A model generated the notes under the pieces. The model saw nothing but the letters and a program-made list of their open reading frames with translations. It searched no databases and had not been told where the DNA came from. DNA of 64,000 nucleotides from NCBI GenBank assembly GCA_951406725.2, contig OX597828.1:17732001-17796000 (forward strand), given 5' to 3'. Shown piece by piece: positions 1-12,860 of the stretch. Position 1 is the stretch's first letter; each line of letters begins with the position of its first letter. The position numbers were made by a program, and so were the translations under genes. The stretch is from Octopus vulgaris (Eukaryota).

Positions 1-425
1 TGTTCTGTACTGTTCCAAATCAATCACGGCGACGGACGTGTCTCTTTTGTCTATCTCAGGAGTTCTGAACAATTTTTTTACCTATCGATCCCTTTGATTA
101 CTATTGTATTCAGGTGGACCCCGTTAGCCATTCGACGTTTAAAAACGAAATTTTCAGAAACTTCTTTTGAAATGCATCCTCCCCGCACATTCACTTGTCT
201 AGTTTGAACTTTGTAAAACGTTAGAGAAATTAAATATGTTTCTTCCAGTACATACCATTACATACAATTAAAGCAAAATTTTTTCATAGACTTTTAAAAT
301 AATAAAATTGTGGATCCCCAGTTTACTATTTTCTTACGTGGAGTCCACCAAAAATCTTATATGAACCCCTATGGACCATTTGAACCTCGTTTGAGAACAA
401 TTGCATCAGCTCACCGACTTTATGA

Positions 426-444
426 TAACAACAACAACAACAAC

Positions 445-494
<50 letters not shown>

Positions 495-502
495 TGATGA
501 TG

Positions 503-584
<82 letters not shown>
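426..584. repeat. (AAC)n/(AAT)n microsatellite
   Basis: Direct reading of trinucleotide run. Confidence 0.97.
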
Positions 585-585
<1 letters not shown>

Positions 586-735
586 CGAAAAATACCTTAG
601 GAATGAGAAACAAGGTTCGAAATTTCCCCCAAGACACCTGGTGAAGGCTGGAGGGTATATCAGCCGAAACGTTGTGTTAACAACAAACAAGATGAAGACA
701 AATATTCGTCAAATGTAAATAATGTAAATGTAATA
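586..735 (+). mobile_element. Short PLE pLTR-like repeat carrying a hammerhead motif, embedded in (AAT)n
   Basis: Homologous copy on the minus strand at ~18093-18245; contains the hammerhead motif at 633-678. Confidence 0.7.
633..678 (+). ncRNA. Minimal type-I hammerhead ribozyme motif (degenerate, A6G)
   Basis: gacac-CTGGTGA-a-ggctg[gagggtatat]cagcc-GAAAC-GTT-gtgtt; palindromic AACGTT stem III; sister copy has CTAATGA, giving consensus CTGATGA. Confidence 0.65.
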
Positions 736-760
736 ATACTAATAATAGCAATAATAATAA

Positions 761-1290
761 TGCAATGCCAGGCAGTTGCTCTTATAGCTTCTGATCTTAA
801 TGATTGGAAGTGTAAACATATACGTAGTTTGTCTAGCTGCAAAAGATTGGCTACTGCAAATATTCTGCTCAATACCACAAATTTGCCTGTCCTTTGCTTG
901 ACCTGAGACATTTGAGCACGTCTATAAGTGGCTGACGATATGTAAATCTCTGATCACGAGCAGGAGATATAGGGATCATCATAATCATGCGCTGAGAGGA
1001 ATTCTTTGAAATCTGGATAATTCACCCTTGGAAACATAGGGGTTTTTTTTAATCCTCCTTAAATAACCCCTATTCAAGGATTTTTGTTCAACGAAGTAAA
1101 TTCCAACTGGGCCCCACTTGCAACGTCATGTGCTGTTTGTTTTGATATTAGTCGCTATGTCACGCAAACACAGCGGTGATGCATGTGTCTGGTGTACGCT
1201 TATCAGACGGGTAATCTTGATGGGTATATTGAGCATCGTATATTTGCGACCCAACGTTACTTTGATGGCGTGAGCGGCTATCTCACTCAA
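761..1290 (+). mobile_element. Non-coding interspersed repeat (family E) ending at (AAC/AAT)n
   Basis: Homologous to 1386-1729 (-) and 4175-4393 (+); flanked by TAA-type repeats. Confidence 0.75.
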
Positions 1291-1385
1291 CAACGATAAA
1301 ACAACAACAACAACAATAATAATAATAATAATAATAAAAATTATTATTATTTTCATCATCATCATCATCATCGTTATTATTATTA

Positions 1386-1729
1386 TTGAGTGAGAGAGCA
1401 GTTCATGCCATCAAAGTGACACAGGGATAAAATATACGAAGCCCAGTATACCCATCATGAAGTATCCGTCTGATAAGAGTACACTAAGCACATGCATCAC
1501 AACCATATATGTGCGACATGGTGATCTCATTTCAAGATAAACAGCACATGTCCTTGCAGGTGGGGCTCTGTTAGAATTTTCTTTGGTCGAGTAACCCATC
1601 CCGCTCAAAAGGTCCCTGAATAAGGGTTGTTTAAGGATGTTGAACGAAACACCCATGTTTCCAGAGGTTAATTATTCAAACCCCAAAGAATCCCTCTCAA
1701 CACATAGCTATGATGCTCCCCCACTACTT
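1386..1729 (-). mobile_element. Family E repeat, inverted relative to 761-1290
   Basis: Reverse complement matches ~960-1290 (tatcagacgg, ctttgatggc, tctcactcaa). Confidence 0.8.
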
Positions 1730-1779
<50 letters not shown>

Positions 1780-1814
1780 TATCATCATCATTATCATCAT
1801 CATTATTATTATTA

Positions 1815-1876
<62 letters not shown>
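1730..1876. repeat. (CAT)n/(TAT)n microsatellite
   Basis: Direct reading. Confidence 0.95.
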
Positions 1877-1877
<1 letters not shown>

Positions 1878-1879
<2 letters not shown>

Positions 1880-2672
1880 TAGTTTTATTTTTATAGCGTG
1901 CTTTCACTTCACTACCGAGCGCAGCTCTGTGTGCCTTGGGTATGTGCTGTGATTTGTTGTGATGCTCTGATGGTTATTGTATGGAAAGTGTTCTGCGTAG
2001 GATGTGTGCAGTGCCTAGTAGTGCAATTTTCTGTATGTTATATGTGTTTGTAAGTCCTGGTGTTTTTGTTATGTATTTGTCTGAATATTTCTTTATCATG
2101 CCTAATGCATCTACTATGATAGGAATTGTTTCTGTTTTCAGATTCCACATTCTAGTTACCTCTATTTCCAGGTCTTTGTATTTTGAGAGTTTCTCCATTT
2201 CTTTTAGAGACACGTTGTCATCTGCCGGTATTGATACATCAATTAGAAAGCATTTTTTTCTTCATGATCTCTGACAACTATATCTGGTCTGTTGGCTTTA
2301 ATTTCTCTATCTGTGTGTATCGGCATATCCCAGAGTATGGTTGCTTTCTCGTTTTCTGTGACCATTTCTGGTGTGTGCCTATACCATCTTTTTTCTGTTG
2401 TTATTCCATAATGTTGGCATAGCTTCCAATGTATGTAGGTTCCAACTCTGTCATGTCTGTGAATATATTCCTTCTTAGCTAGGACTGGGCAGCTAGAGAT
2501 AATATGATTTATTGTTTCTTGTCCATCTCCACATATTCTGCAGTTACTTGTAATATTTCTTTTCATTACATGTTTTTGGTAATTTCTGGTGGGGAGGCTT
2601 TGGTCTTGTGCTGCAATTAAAAATCCCTCTGTTTCTGCTTTGAGTCCTGAGCTCCTCAACCATTGCTGGGAT
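1878..2672 (-). mobile_element. 5'-truncated R4/Dong-clade (restriction-like endonuclease) non-LTR retrotransposon in (TAA)n
   Basis: LKAETEGFLIAAQDQ, CCHC knuckle CRICGDGQETINHIISSC, RHD, NRPDIVV and IDVSIP..KEMEKLSKY motifs; both flanks are TAA-type repeats. Confidence 0.9.
2243..2659 (-). pseudogene. R4/Dong ORF C-terminal part (zinc knuckle plus RLE N-half); frameshift at ~2255 joins it to 1974-2250
   Basis: Track ORFs 2243..2659 and 1974..2213 are one reading frame broken by a 1-nt deletion in an A7 run. Confidence 0.85.
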
Positions 2673-2846
<174 letters not shown>

Positions 2847-2854
2847 ATCCTTTG

Positions 2855-3135
2855 CCAGTAGCAGAGAATGATCGGTTGAAAGCCATGCGGGATATGACAA
2901 TCTGCGCTGATAAAGATCTGCATTATAGCCGATCAGATATCATTCTCCTGACGGCCCAAAGCATGGACTGTCATCGACGTAGCTATACCTACCGACCATA
3001 ATATTGTGAACACAGACAAGGAGAAACTCGAGAAGTACTAAAACCTGACATTGGCAGAGAAACGCATCCATAGAGCCTCGAAAATGAGGGATTCCTATCG
3101 GGATCTGTGCTCTCGAAACCATCTCAAAGAAAAGC
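2855..3135 (+). pseudogene. Older degenerate RLE-LINE (R4-like) endonuclease fragment
   Basis: VAENDRLKAMRDMTICADKDLHYSRSDIILL / WTVIDVAIP / DKEKLEKY* / IPIGICALETISK parallel the motifs in 1974-2659. Confidence 0.7.
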
Positions 3136-3167
3136 GATATTCTAGCATGTAAAGCTGCAAATGGACG

Positions 3168-3560
3168 TACAGGGTGATGGAAAAGTAACTCTCTATTTTA
3201 AATTATTCATTAATTGTAATTTTTACAAAAAAGAAAAATGGCTATGAGAGAATAGTTTTTATTATGAAGTTTTATTTAAAATTCGATATGGGCTCTAGAT
3301 GTCACACCAGCCTCTTCAGTTGCCTAGGAGTTGCGTCAACTGATTTCACAAGAACTCGTGTGAGATGGAAAATATAACTTCTCGTATTCGCCCTTAAATT
3401 TCTTCCAAAGTCTATGATTAGATACAGTAGAGTTGTTCCTTTAACCAACCCCAAAGAAAGACGTCGAGGGGTGTTAAGTCGGAACTCCTGGCTGGACACA
3501 CACGAGGACCACGACGACTCAAACATCTCCCGGGTATGTGGGTATTCAGACATTAACGAA
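3168..3560 (-). mobile_element. Tc1/mariner (maT/DD37D-like) 3' remnant
   Basis: Terminus TACAGGGTG at 3168; minus strand reads PARSSDLTPLDVFLWGWLK, resembling WPxRSPDLTPLDFFLWG. Confidence 0.75.
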
Positions 3561-3641
3561 AGACAAGAGCAATACGATTAAAGATTAAATTCTCATACTT
3601 CAAACATAAAAAAAAATATTGAGAAAAAATAGAATTAATGA

Positions 3642-3801
3642 GGCGCAGGAGTGGCTGTGTGGTAAGTAGCTTGCTTACCAACCACATGGTTCCGGGTTCA
3701 GTCCCATTCCGTGGCACCTTGGGCAAGTGTCTTCTACTATAGCCTCGGGCCGACCAAACACTTGTGAGTGGATTTGGTAGACGGAAACTGAAAGAAGCCC
3801 G

Positions 3802-3871
<70 letters not shown>

Positions 3872-4112
3872 TGTGTGTGTGCTTGTGTGTGTGTGTATGT
3901 ATGTATATGCTTGCATGTCAGTGTTTGTCCCCTCAGTATCGCTTGACAACCGATGGTGGTGTGTTTACACCCCCGTAACTTAGCGGTTCGGCAAAGTGAC
4001 CGATAGAATAAGTACTAGGCTTTCAAAGAATAAGACCTGGAGTCGATTTGCTCGACTAAAGGTGGTGCTCCAGCATGGCCGCAGACAAATGACTGAAACA
4101 AAAAAAAAAAAG
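3642..4112 (+). mobile_element. SINE family A (tRNA-like head, CORE-like ccttgggcaagtg, internal TA/TG microsatellite)
   Basis: A-box/B-box-like head ggcgcaggagtggctgtgtggt...ggttcagtccc; about 20 copies in the window. Confidence 0.9.
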
Positions 4113-4174
4113 GAGCTGAGCCGTAACGCGGACAACCCAGGAAAATAAATAATAATAATAATAATAACTATACG

Positions 4175-4393
4175 CATGGGCGTTTCATTCAACATCCTTA
4201 AACAAGTCTTATTCAGGGACCTTTTAAGCGGGATAGGGGTACTCGACGTGAAGTATGTTCTTACTGGGCTTAACAGTTAAGGTCAAGTGCAGTTTATCTT
4301 GATATGAGATCACCATATCTCGTACATATATAAGGTTGTCATATATATGTTTGGTGAACCCTTTTCAGACGGGTAGTCATGGTGGGTATACTG
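4175..4393 (+). mobile_element. Family E repeat fragment
   Basis: Matches the reverse complement of ~1445-1660. Confidence 0.7.
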
Positions 4394-4394
4394 A

Positions 4395-4625
4395 CATGGA
4401 CTTGCTTCTCCATGTGCCGCGTCACAATCCCACTTATATTTCTTGTCTAATTGTCGCTACCGAAACCGCCTCGTCGTTCCTGAGAGCGGTGCCTACCATT
4501 TTTGTGTGTTTATGATCCGACACCACTTACGTTGACGTCGTCGGCATATGCCGACACACATCTCTCACTTCCTAGGTGATGCGGCAGGCATACCTCTGAG
4601 CGCTTCCAGCTTGTGTTGTAGTGAC
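4395..4625 (-). pseudogene. L1/Tx1-like reverse transcriptase fragment
   Basis: Minus strand CVSAYADDV (YADD at 4537-4548) followed by frameshifted RT-like sequence. Confidence 0.65.
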
Positions 4626-4912
4626 CAGAAAGTCAGTCCGATAATAATAAATTCACATTGAAATTCGCTCTCATTAACCTATTCTCTCGATATTGAAATT
4701 TATTTAAATTTCTTAATAAACACACACACACACACACACACAGGTGGTATCTTTCATCAAGACCGATATTTTTGTCTTAAAAATCATGCTTTCGATAATT
4801 CCATTCGCACTCGGTGACATCTGTCACAATCCACCACGCACACTGCCGCTTCCAACCTCCAGCTCCATAATCTGACAGTGCCTCACACAAGCCCACTCCC
4901 ACAAGCCCACTC

Positions 4913-4944
4913 CAACTACTACCACCACTACCACCACCATCACC

Positions 4945-5015
<71 letters not shown>

Positions 5016-5028
5016 AACTACAACTACA

Positions 5029-5082
<54 letters not shown>

Positions 5083-5156
5083 GCTACTGCTACTGCTACT
5101 CCTGGTACTGCTGCGATCCGTCACTACTACTACTACTACTACTACTGCTGCTGCTG

Positions 5157-5203
<47 letters not shown>

Positions 5204-5375
5204 ACTACTCCTGGTACTGCTGCGATCTGTCACTACTACTACTACTACTGCTGCTACTGCTGCTACTACTACAGCTGCTGCTGCTACTGCTATCCGTCAC
5301 TACTACTACTACTACTAATACTACTACTACTACTATTACCACTTCCACTACTTCCACTGCTGCTGCTGCTGCTGT
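4913..5375. repeat. (CCA)n/(CTA)n/(CTG)n compound microsatellite with a repeated ~25-bp interruption
   Basis: cctggtactgctgcgatccgtcac at ~5101 and ~5210, partial copy at ~5291. Confidence 0.9.
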
Positions 5376-5779
5376 TCATTTGTGACAGAAGTATCGTTGA
5401 ATGAGCTAAAAGCTAAATGTCAAAAGGAGCATTCATATGGTCGATAATAAATTTTTGATGGATTAGGATGCTTTCCATTCTGTGTTTACTCAACAACGTC
5501 TGCAAGAGAAGAGAGCCAACATGAAGGTAGGAAGTCATCTAGTTGGCATCGTTTCATATTACAAAGATAGCGGCTTTTCTTTATCACAGTTAGTCAAATG
5601 TCATTTAATAAAATATTCCGGCAGATGTGTTTAATTTTCTCATTCATCGTTCATTGTTAGATAGATGCATTAGATGCCATGATAGAAGAGTAGCATTCAT
5701 TGATGTGCCTACACCATATATATATTCCATTGTGTGATCAGCTTTAAGAACCGACGCGCCTGTGTACATATTGTTAGCC

Positions 5780-6067
5780 TGTGTGTGTGTATGTATGTAT
5801 GTATGTATGTATGTATGTATGTATGTATGTCTCTATATATATATATATATATGTGTGTGTGTATGTATGTATGCATGTATGTATGTATGTATGTCTATAT
5901 ATATATATGTATGCATGTATGTATGTATGTATGTATGTATGCATGTATGTATGTATGTCTATATATATATGTATGTATGTATGCATGTATGTATGTATGT
6001 ATGTCTATATATATATATATGTGCATGTATGTCTGTATGTATGCATGTATGTATGTATGTCTATGTA

Positions 6068-6103
<36 letters not shown>

Positions 6104-6364
6104 TGTATGTATGGATGTATGTATGCATATGCATATATGTATGTATGTCTATATATATATATGTATGCATGTATGTATGTATGTATGTATGTATGTCTAT
6201 ATATATATATATGTATGTATGTATGTATGCATGTGTATATGTATGTATGCATGTATGTATGTCTATATATATATGCTTGTGTGTATGCATGTACGTATGT
6301 ATGTATGTATGTATGTATGTATGTATGTATGTATGTATGTATGCATGTATGTCTGTATGTATGT
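5780..6364. repeat. (TATG)n/(TA)n compound microsatellite with higher-order periodicity
   Basis: Recurrent gtctatatatatat blocks between TATG runs. Confidence 0.95.
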
Positions 6365-6804
6365 AAGTGATTGTAGTATTCTGCAGTTTAGTTCGGTCAA
6401 TTTAACTAGTTTCGTTGTCGACCAGCTGACAAAATAGATGTCGGTAATGGAGACGGAATTAATATACAAAACTGATTAATGAACGAAACGAGAAATAAAC
6501 TCCAACTTCCGTGGCAATATTTATATTAGTTGTAGCATATACATACTCACAGAAACGTATACACGCGCATGCAAACTTTCAAATACAATGAAATATATGT
6601 GAGGGACACAGGGATTACGGCTCATATAGTGGTCTTTGCTCGATCGACCCTTCAGCCGGGTTGGAAATGAAATGAACAGATTTATAGTAAAAACTGTTAG
6701 TGAAATCAGATCGACAGCTGCTGTCATCCATGCATCAGGAACTTCTTTGAAATTTGTCAAATAAGAATGTGTGTGTAGGTTGGAGTGTTTAAATCTATGA
6801 AAAC

Positions 6805-7120
6805 TGGCGCTCTGTCGGTTACGACACCCGGTGTACCACCATGCGATCCAATCAACTGAACAACCTGCATGCGAAATTAGCGTGGAAGTGGCTGAGGACA
6901 TAGCATGCCCTTAACGTAGTTCTCGGGAAGATTCAGCGTAACACAAAATCCGACAAAGCTGGCCCTTTGAAATATAGGTACAACACATTTTTGCTAACTG
7001 AGTGGAATGGAGCAACGTGAAATAAAGTTTCTCACTTAAGGACACAACACGCTTCTGGGAATCTAACTCACACCCTTGTAATTTTGTGTGAAATACCCTG
7101 ACTACTACACTATACGCCTT
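6805..7120 (-). mobile_element. SINE family D, degenerate
   Basis: Reverse complement matches 28488-28808. Confidence 0.75.
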
Positions 7121-7310
7121 CGCGAGTAGGAAAATATGGTGTATGATGAAGTATTTTTCTGGAAGACAGAAATAATACTTAGATCCGATATTACTCTCCC
7201 TGCTTGTTTTTAACAATGTTCATTCGTCACTGGTTATCTCTACTCTCATTCCATTTTTCTAGCGCGCTTTAAAATGGGGTCTTCAATGTAGTTATACAAG
7301 AATAAGTTGC

Positions 7311-7468
7311 TGGAGTGGCTGTGTGGTAAGTAGATTGCTTATGAACTACATGGTTCCGGGTTCAGTCCCACTGCGTGGCATCTTGGGCAAATGTCTTCTA
7401 CTATAGCCTCGGGCCGACCAAAGCCTTGTGAGTGGATTTGGTAGACGGAAACTGAAAGAAGCCTGTCG

Positions 7469-7531
<63 letters not shown>

Positions 7532-7742
7532 TTGCGTTTCTGTGTTTGTCCCCCTAGCATTGCTTGCCAACCGATGCTGGTGTGTTTACGTCCCCGTCAA
7601 CTAGCGGTTCGGCAAAAAGAGACCGATAGAATAAGTACTGGGCTTACAAAGAATAAGTCCCGGGGTCGATTTGCTCGACTAAAGGCGGTGCTCCAGCATG
7701 GCCGCAGTCAAATGACTGAAACAAGTAAAAGTAAAAGTAAGT
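7311..7742 (+). mobile_element. SINE family A
   Basis: Near-identical to 3642-4112; (AGTAAA)n tail. Confidence 0.9.
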
Positions 7743-8339
7743 ATAATGTTGCAGACTGCGTAAGACGGGGCACTATGTAAGCCTTATGCAGGTCGTTGAT
7801 GTAGAGCTAGGAGATATCACAGCAAACAATGATTTCTTGTAGATTATTGCTTTTTTAGGGACAAATACCTATGTCCAGCGGCGAGTATTTTGCTCTAGAT
7901 TTCTTAATCATAGAATTGTTAAATGATTTTTAACAGCAATATGCATTGTTCATTTTTTTTTTTTTTTTTCATGCAACGATAGCTCACCGTTTAATAATCG
8001 TTCCGGAAATGTTGTCCGAAAAGAGAAAGAAAATGTTTTGCAGATATGTTGTATGGAGGATCATACCATATAACACCAGTTTTCTAGTGTTTATATGCTA
8101 GATAGCATTGGTAATTAATTAATTCCATTTCGGCATCTACAGCGTTATAATTCATTGCTTTAGGATTTTGTAATCTTATTGAAACTTCGAAGACTCTGTC
8201 AACTTATTCCTTGTAAAAATTAGTACATTTAACTTAAAAGTACTGAAAGGTCATTTGGCATATTAGGAAATCGCTTACATATATGACCTCTCATAAAAAC
8301 AAATATTGTTACCATTAACACTACTACTACTACTTTAGA

Positions 8340-8632
8340 GGCGCAATGGCCCAGTGGTTAAGGCAGCGGACTGGGAAAACGCCTAAAGCTCCACGAGGCT
8401 CCAGCAGGGGTGGTGGTGAACCCTGCTGAACTCTTTCACCACAAGTTTTTGTCACTCTTTCTTCCTGTTTCTTTTGTACCCGCATTTCAAAGGGCCAACC
8501 TTATCACACTCTGTGCCACGCTGAATCTCCCCGAGAACTACGTTAAGGGTACTCGTGACTGTCGAATGCTCAGCTGCTTTGCACGTTAATTTCACGAGCA
8601 GGCCGTTCCGTTGATCGGATCGACGGAGTGCC
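8340..8632 (+). mobile_element. Chimeric SINE: family C head plus family D tail
   Basis: Head matches 54522 and 32507(-); tail matches 28630-28806. Confidence 0.8.
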
Positions 8633-8669
8633 ACTACTACTACTAATACTGCTGCTGCTGCTGCTGCTG

Positions 8670-8733
<64 letters not shown>

Positions 8734-8740
8734 TACTACT
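8633..8740. repeat. (CTG)n/(CTA)n microsatellite
   Basis: Direct reading. Confidence 0.95.
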
Positions 8741-8963
8741 AGATTTCATAAATGCTGTGGATAAATGGGAAGCGTTTAGTTGCAAATTATACTTTGCATA
8801 GGAATGAATATGCACAACAGCATAAAATACCCACCAAGAAACTGAAGCTATATGCTTCAGCTCAACTGTCACTTTTAATTTTTCGGCAACATATTTTCTT
8901 CGCAGCTACGTCATCGCTAAGGGACAAGTGAGGATAATACCAAATTAATTAATTGCCGGTTTA

Positions 8964-9180
8964 AGGCAGCGAAATGGCAAAATATTTAGCATGCCAGGCA
9001 CAATGCCGAGCGACATTTCGTGAGACTTTACGTTCTGGGTTCAAATGCTGTCGGGGGTCAAACTTGCCTTTCATCCTTTCCGGCTTGATAAAATAAGCAC
9101 CAGTAGCTCACTTTGATTAATGTAATCGACTTAGCCCTCTCTCTAAATTCCTGGTCTTGTGCCAAAATTTGAACTCAATA
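8964..9180 (+). mobile_element. SINE family B (Deu/Nin-like central domain), degenerate
   Basis: gcctttcatcctttc...ataaaataagcaccag motif shared with 34979-35210. Confidence 0.75.
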
Positions 9181-9316
9181 ATTGCTGGTTTAGATTTCGG
9201 TTTGGTCGTTTGGAAGATATCTAATTGCAAATTGGCAATTTATTCCAATATTCTTTTCATTAAACTTACAAATAATATTTTTATAGCATTTCGACAATAT
9301 ATATGATACATAACAA

Positions 9317-9860
9317 GCACTCCATCGGTTGCGACGACTAGTGTTCCAATAGATCTTATCAACAGAAGAACGGTGTTTCAGTTCATCAGATCAATAGAAC
9401 AACGGTGTTCCAGTAGATCTGATCAACAGAACAACAGTGTTCCAATTCATCTGATCAATAGAACAGCGACGTTCCAGTAGATCTCATCAACAGAACAGCA
9501 ATATTTCACTAGATCTGATCAAGAGAAAATCGGTGTTCCAGTAGGTCTGATCAAGAGAACAGCGATGTTCCTGTAGATCTGATCAATAGAACAGCAGTGT
9601 TCCTGTTGATCTGGTCAACAGAGCAGCATTATTCCAGTAGTTCTGATGAACAGAACAGCAGTGTTCCAGATATGATCAACAGAACAGCCTACACGTGAAA
9701 TTAAAGAGTAAGTGACGAAGCACTCTACAGACACCCGTAACCATAGTGTACTGTTCTGATTGAGATTCAACGTGAGATAGAATATGATAGGGCCTGGCCC
9801 TTAGAAATGCAGGTACGACTCTCTTTTGCCAGCTTAGTGCACTGGAGCAGTGTTTGCTCA
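9317..9860 (-). mobile_element. SINE family D tail with an internally amplified minisatellite
   Basis: Flanks match the reverse complement of 28590-28806. Confidence 0.7.
9341..9689. repeat. ~32-bp minisatellite (GTGTTCCAGTAGATCTGATCAACAGAACAGCA), about 11 units
   Basis: Direct reading of tandem units. Confidence 0.9.
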
Positions 9861-10418
9861 GGATTTAGTGGTTAGCGCATTCGGTTCATGATCGTTTGGT
9901 TGTGAGTTCGATACACGGTGGCTTGTATGATACATAAATAACTATTTCCATTTAATACAGCTTCTACGAAATTTTATTCACCCGAATGATTACATGCAGT
10001 AACAGTGAGTGTTTTTATTCACTGTTTTCATATGTACCTGTTGTGTCGGATTTCGTCTAAGCATGCCTGTGAGTACACAGAATTGATAACGCATGATGAG
10101 GCAGAAATTCATCTAGCATTCTCACTCGCCGCAGCTGGTACGAAATCCACCTCCCTGGAATGTATAGATTGCTCCATAGGTTGTAGGTGATATTATGTCT
10201 GGACAACAGGCCATAGGTGAAATCATCTCCGGACGAATAATGCGGCAAATTTTGTCTATCACATTGTATTTACATTCAGTTTCATATATAAATAGATATT
10301 TTAATCTAATACTGCTTCTGTTGTAAATAACGGATATATGTGTGTGTGGATATGTAAGTGAATCAGTGAATGAGTAAGAGGGAACGAGGGAGTACGCGTG
10401 TGAGTATGTGTGTGTGTG

Positions 10419-10460
<42 letters not shown>

Positions 10461-11132
10461 GCGCGTGTGTGTCCAGAGAGAAAGAGAAGGAGATAGGCAT
10501 AGCTTCACTTTCACGCTCCAACATCTATTTTAGTTCTTATAAATTTCTGAAAAACACGTTTTTTAATACGAAATTTTGCAGAGATAGGATTTCTGTTGAG
10601 AAGATTGAGATTTTGTTGATAAAATTTAGAAAAATAATATCATCTTTATTGCAAATATACAAAAGTGTTAGTTGTTTTCTTTAATTTTATCTCATAGAAA
10701 TTATTTTCGCTTTGAAAATAAGTCTTCATTTTCTCATTTTATATAAGTAACAATAAATTTGATAAAAATTAAATTATAATTATTGTATGTACGCCATATT
10801 GATGGTGATATAAACATGATCTAAAAGTATACTTCCCGCTATCCCTCATATGACGGGTAACACAGACTCAGTGTATTTATAAGGACGGGTCACCAAAATT
10901 CGTGTTTACTGCAAGTAGTTTGTAACGCAATACATGCAAATTTGACATGGGCGATTCTGTATTGTCTTGAGATTCACGGTCGAACGGCTGGGTGGAATTG
11001 CGCGAAAAATTACACAGATATGTAGAATGATCCGGTGGTGATGCTGGGCTTTGTATTTTTTTCACAGCTCCCATGGTTATTGAGATAATCTACTATAATA
11101 TTACTCTTGTGTTTATGAATGAGAAACGAAGG

Positions 11133-11507
11133 GGTTCCGGGTTCCGCGTTCAGTCCCACTGCGTGGCACCTTGGGTAAGTGTCTTCTACTATAGCCTCGG
11201 GCCGACCAAAGCCTTGTGAGTGGATTTGGTAGACGGAAACTGAAAGAAGCCCGTCGTATATATGTATATGTATGTATGTATTTGTGTATATGTTTGTGTG
11301 TCTGTGTTTGTCCCCCCAATATCGCTTGACAACCGATGCTGGTGTGTTTACGTCCCCGTAACTTAGCGGTTCGGCAAAAGGAACCGATAGAATAAGTACT
11401 AAGCTTAACAAGAATAAGCCCTGGGGTCGATTTGCTCGACTGAAGGCGGTGCTCCAGCATGGCCACAATCAAATGACTGAAACAATTAAAAGAGTAAACG
11501 AGTAAAT
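11133..11507 (+). mobile_element. SINE family A, 5'-truncated
   Basis: Matches other family A copies. Confidence 0.9.
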
Positions 11508-12059
11508 ATAAGACCGTTGAAATGGCAATCTTTAGCACATTTGAACTTCGCAGAAATCTTTTTTTCCTTTCTCTTTGTATTCTGACTTCAGATCCAGCCT
11601 AGATCAACTCCACCGTTTATTTTTTTACAACTTTTCTACCTTAACTGAATTTACAAACCAAGAAATGAATTACCTTTTTCGTTTCAAAATTGCTGACCTC
11701 CGAAAATTCGACAGAATTATTTATGTTACGTAGAAATACTACGGCACAGCTCAGTCGTTACCTCGTTGATCAAAATACTTTCCGACATTTCTTCCGGTTG
11801 ATATTCTACGTTCATATACTGAAGACTCCAAATTTGACTTTCATCCTTTTGATGTCGTTTATAATAGGGGGGCAGGCTGAAAAAACTTCGTAGTCTTCCC
11901 ATAAAGAAGTGACAATAGAGCTGTGAAATCTTGCATGCATTAATTTCAACATTTCTTATCAGTAACTGCATTGTTTTCTTTCCAGGTAAAATGACATCTG
12001 ACTATTCAAAGAAAAATCTACAAAAATAGCTAGTATCAATTTCTCTTGAAAATTAACAA

Positions 12060-12197
12060 AATTTGGCATCGTGTATTTATGAAATACCTGCATAGCCCCC
12101 AAGGACATTGAAGCTGACAGGCTTGCTACGTTAGGGTATGATGCTGCAGCTTTATCAGCAGTGTAAGAACGGGTAGCTGAATTTAAGAGATGAAATA
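12060..12197 (+). pseudogene. mariner (DD34D-type) transposase N-terminal HTH remnant
   Basis: HRVFMKYL..PKDIEAD..ATLGYDAAALSAV*ERVAEFKR resembles mariner N-termini. Confidence 0.6.
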
Positions 12198-12202
12198 AGT
12201 CT

Positions 12203-12210
12203 TGATGATA

Positions 12211-12273
<63 letters not shown>

Positions 12274-12481
12274 GTGGTGATGATGATGATGATGATGATG
12301 GTGGTGATGATGATGATGATGATGATGATGGTGATGATGGTGGTGATGATGATGATGATGGTGATGACGATGATGATGATGGTGGTGGTGGTGGTGGTGG
12401 TGGTGGTGGTGATGATGATGCTGATGATGGTGGTGATAATGATGATGATGATGGTGGTGATGATGATCATGATGATGATGG

Positions 12482-12512
<31 letters not shown>

Positions 12513-12570
12513 GATGATGGTGGTGATGATGATGGTGGTGGTGATGATGATGATGATGATGATGATAATG
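12203..12570. repeat. (GAT)n/(GGT)n microsatellite
   Basis: Direct reading. Confidence 0.95.
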
Positions 12571-12589
12571 AAGTACCAGTCAAGTATTG

Positions 12590-12860
12590 CATTTGATGCC
12601 ATCGACTATGTCCCATCTGTTCAACATCGTTTGCCTTTTTCTAAATTGGAACGAATTATTGAGTGGGTATTACAGAGCGACCAGTTCTAAAAACTACCGG
12701 TGCCACGAGACGTAGCACAACCTCTTTCGTGGTCGAGTGGGTGATGTTCCAACCAAACAGCCACTCCCTCCCATCTAATCATGTATTCTCAACCAACAGG
12801 TTCAGAAATATGACTTGTCAAAATTGGAATGTGCCTTTCCCAGGTATGTCAAGGACAACC
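12590..12860 (-). pseudogene. Possible Merlin/IS1595-like transposase remnant
   Basis: Minus strand PGKGTFQFDKSYF / GREWLFG / TKEVVLRLV / IIRSNLEKG..TD follows the motif order PGxxVExDESxF..WVFG..GxxIxTD; several frameshifts. Confidence 0.4.

Noticed and set aside
3642-3720. SINE heads as tRNA genes
   Set aside because: They have A/B boxes but no complete cloverleaf, and they continue into repeat bodies.
5468-5530. Plus-strand 60-nt exon DAFHSVFTQQRLQEKRANMK followed by GT
   Set aside because: Poor acceptor, no partner exons and no recognisable homology.
5734-6437. Long ORFs (200+ aa of MYVC/YIHT), and similar poly-I/N/Y/S ORFs across the window
   Set aside because: They are translations of microsatellites.
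9341-9689. CRISPR-like 32-bp repeats
   Set aside because: No spacers, and the unit derives from a SINE segment.
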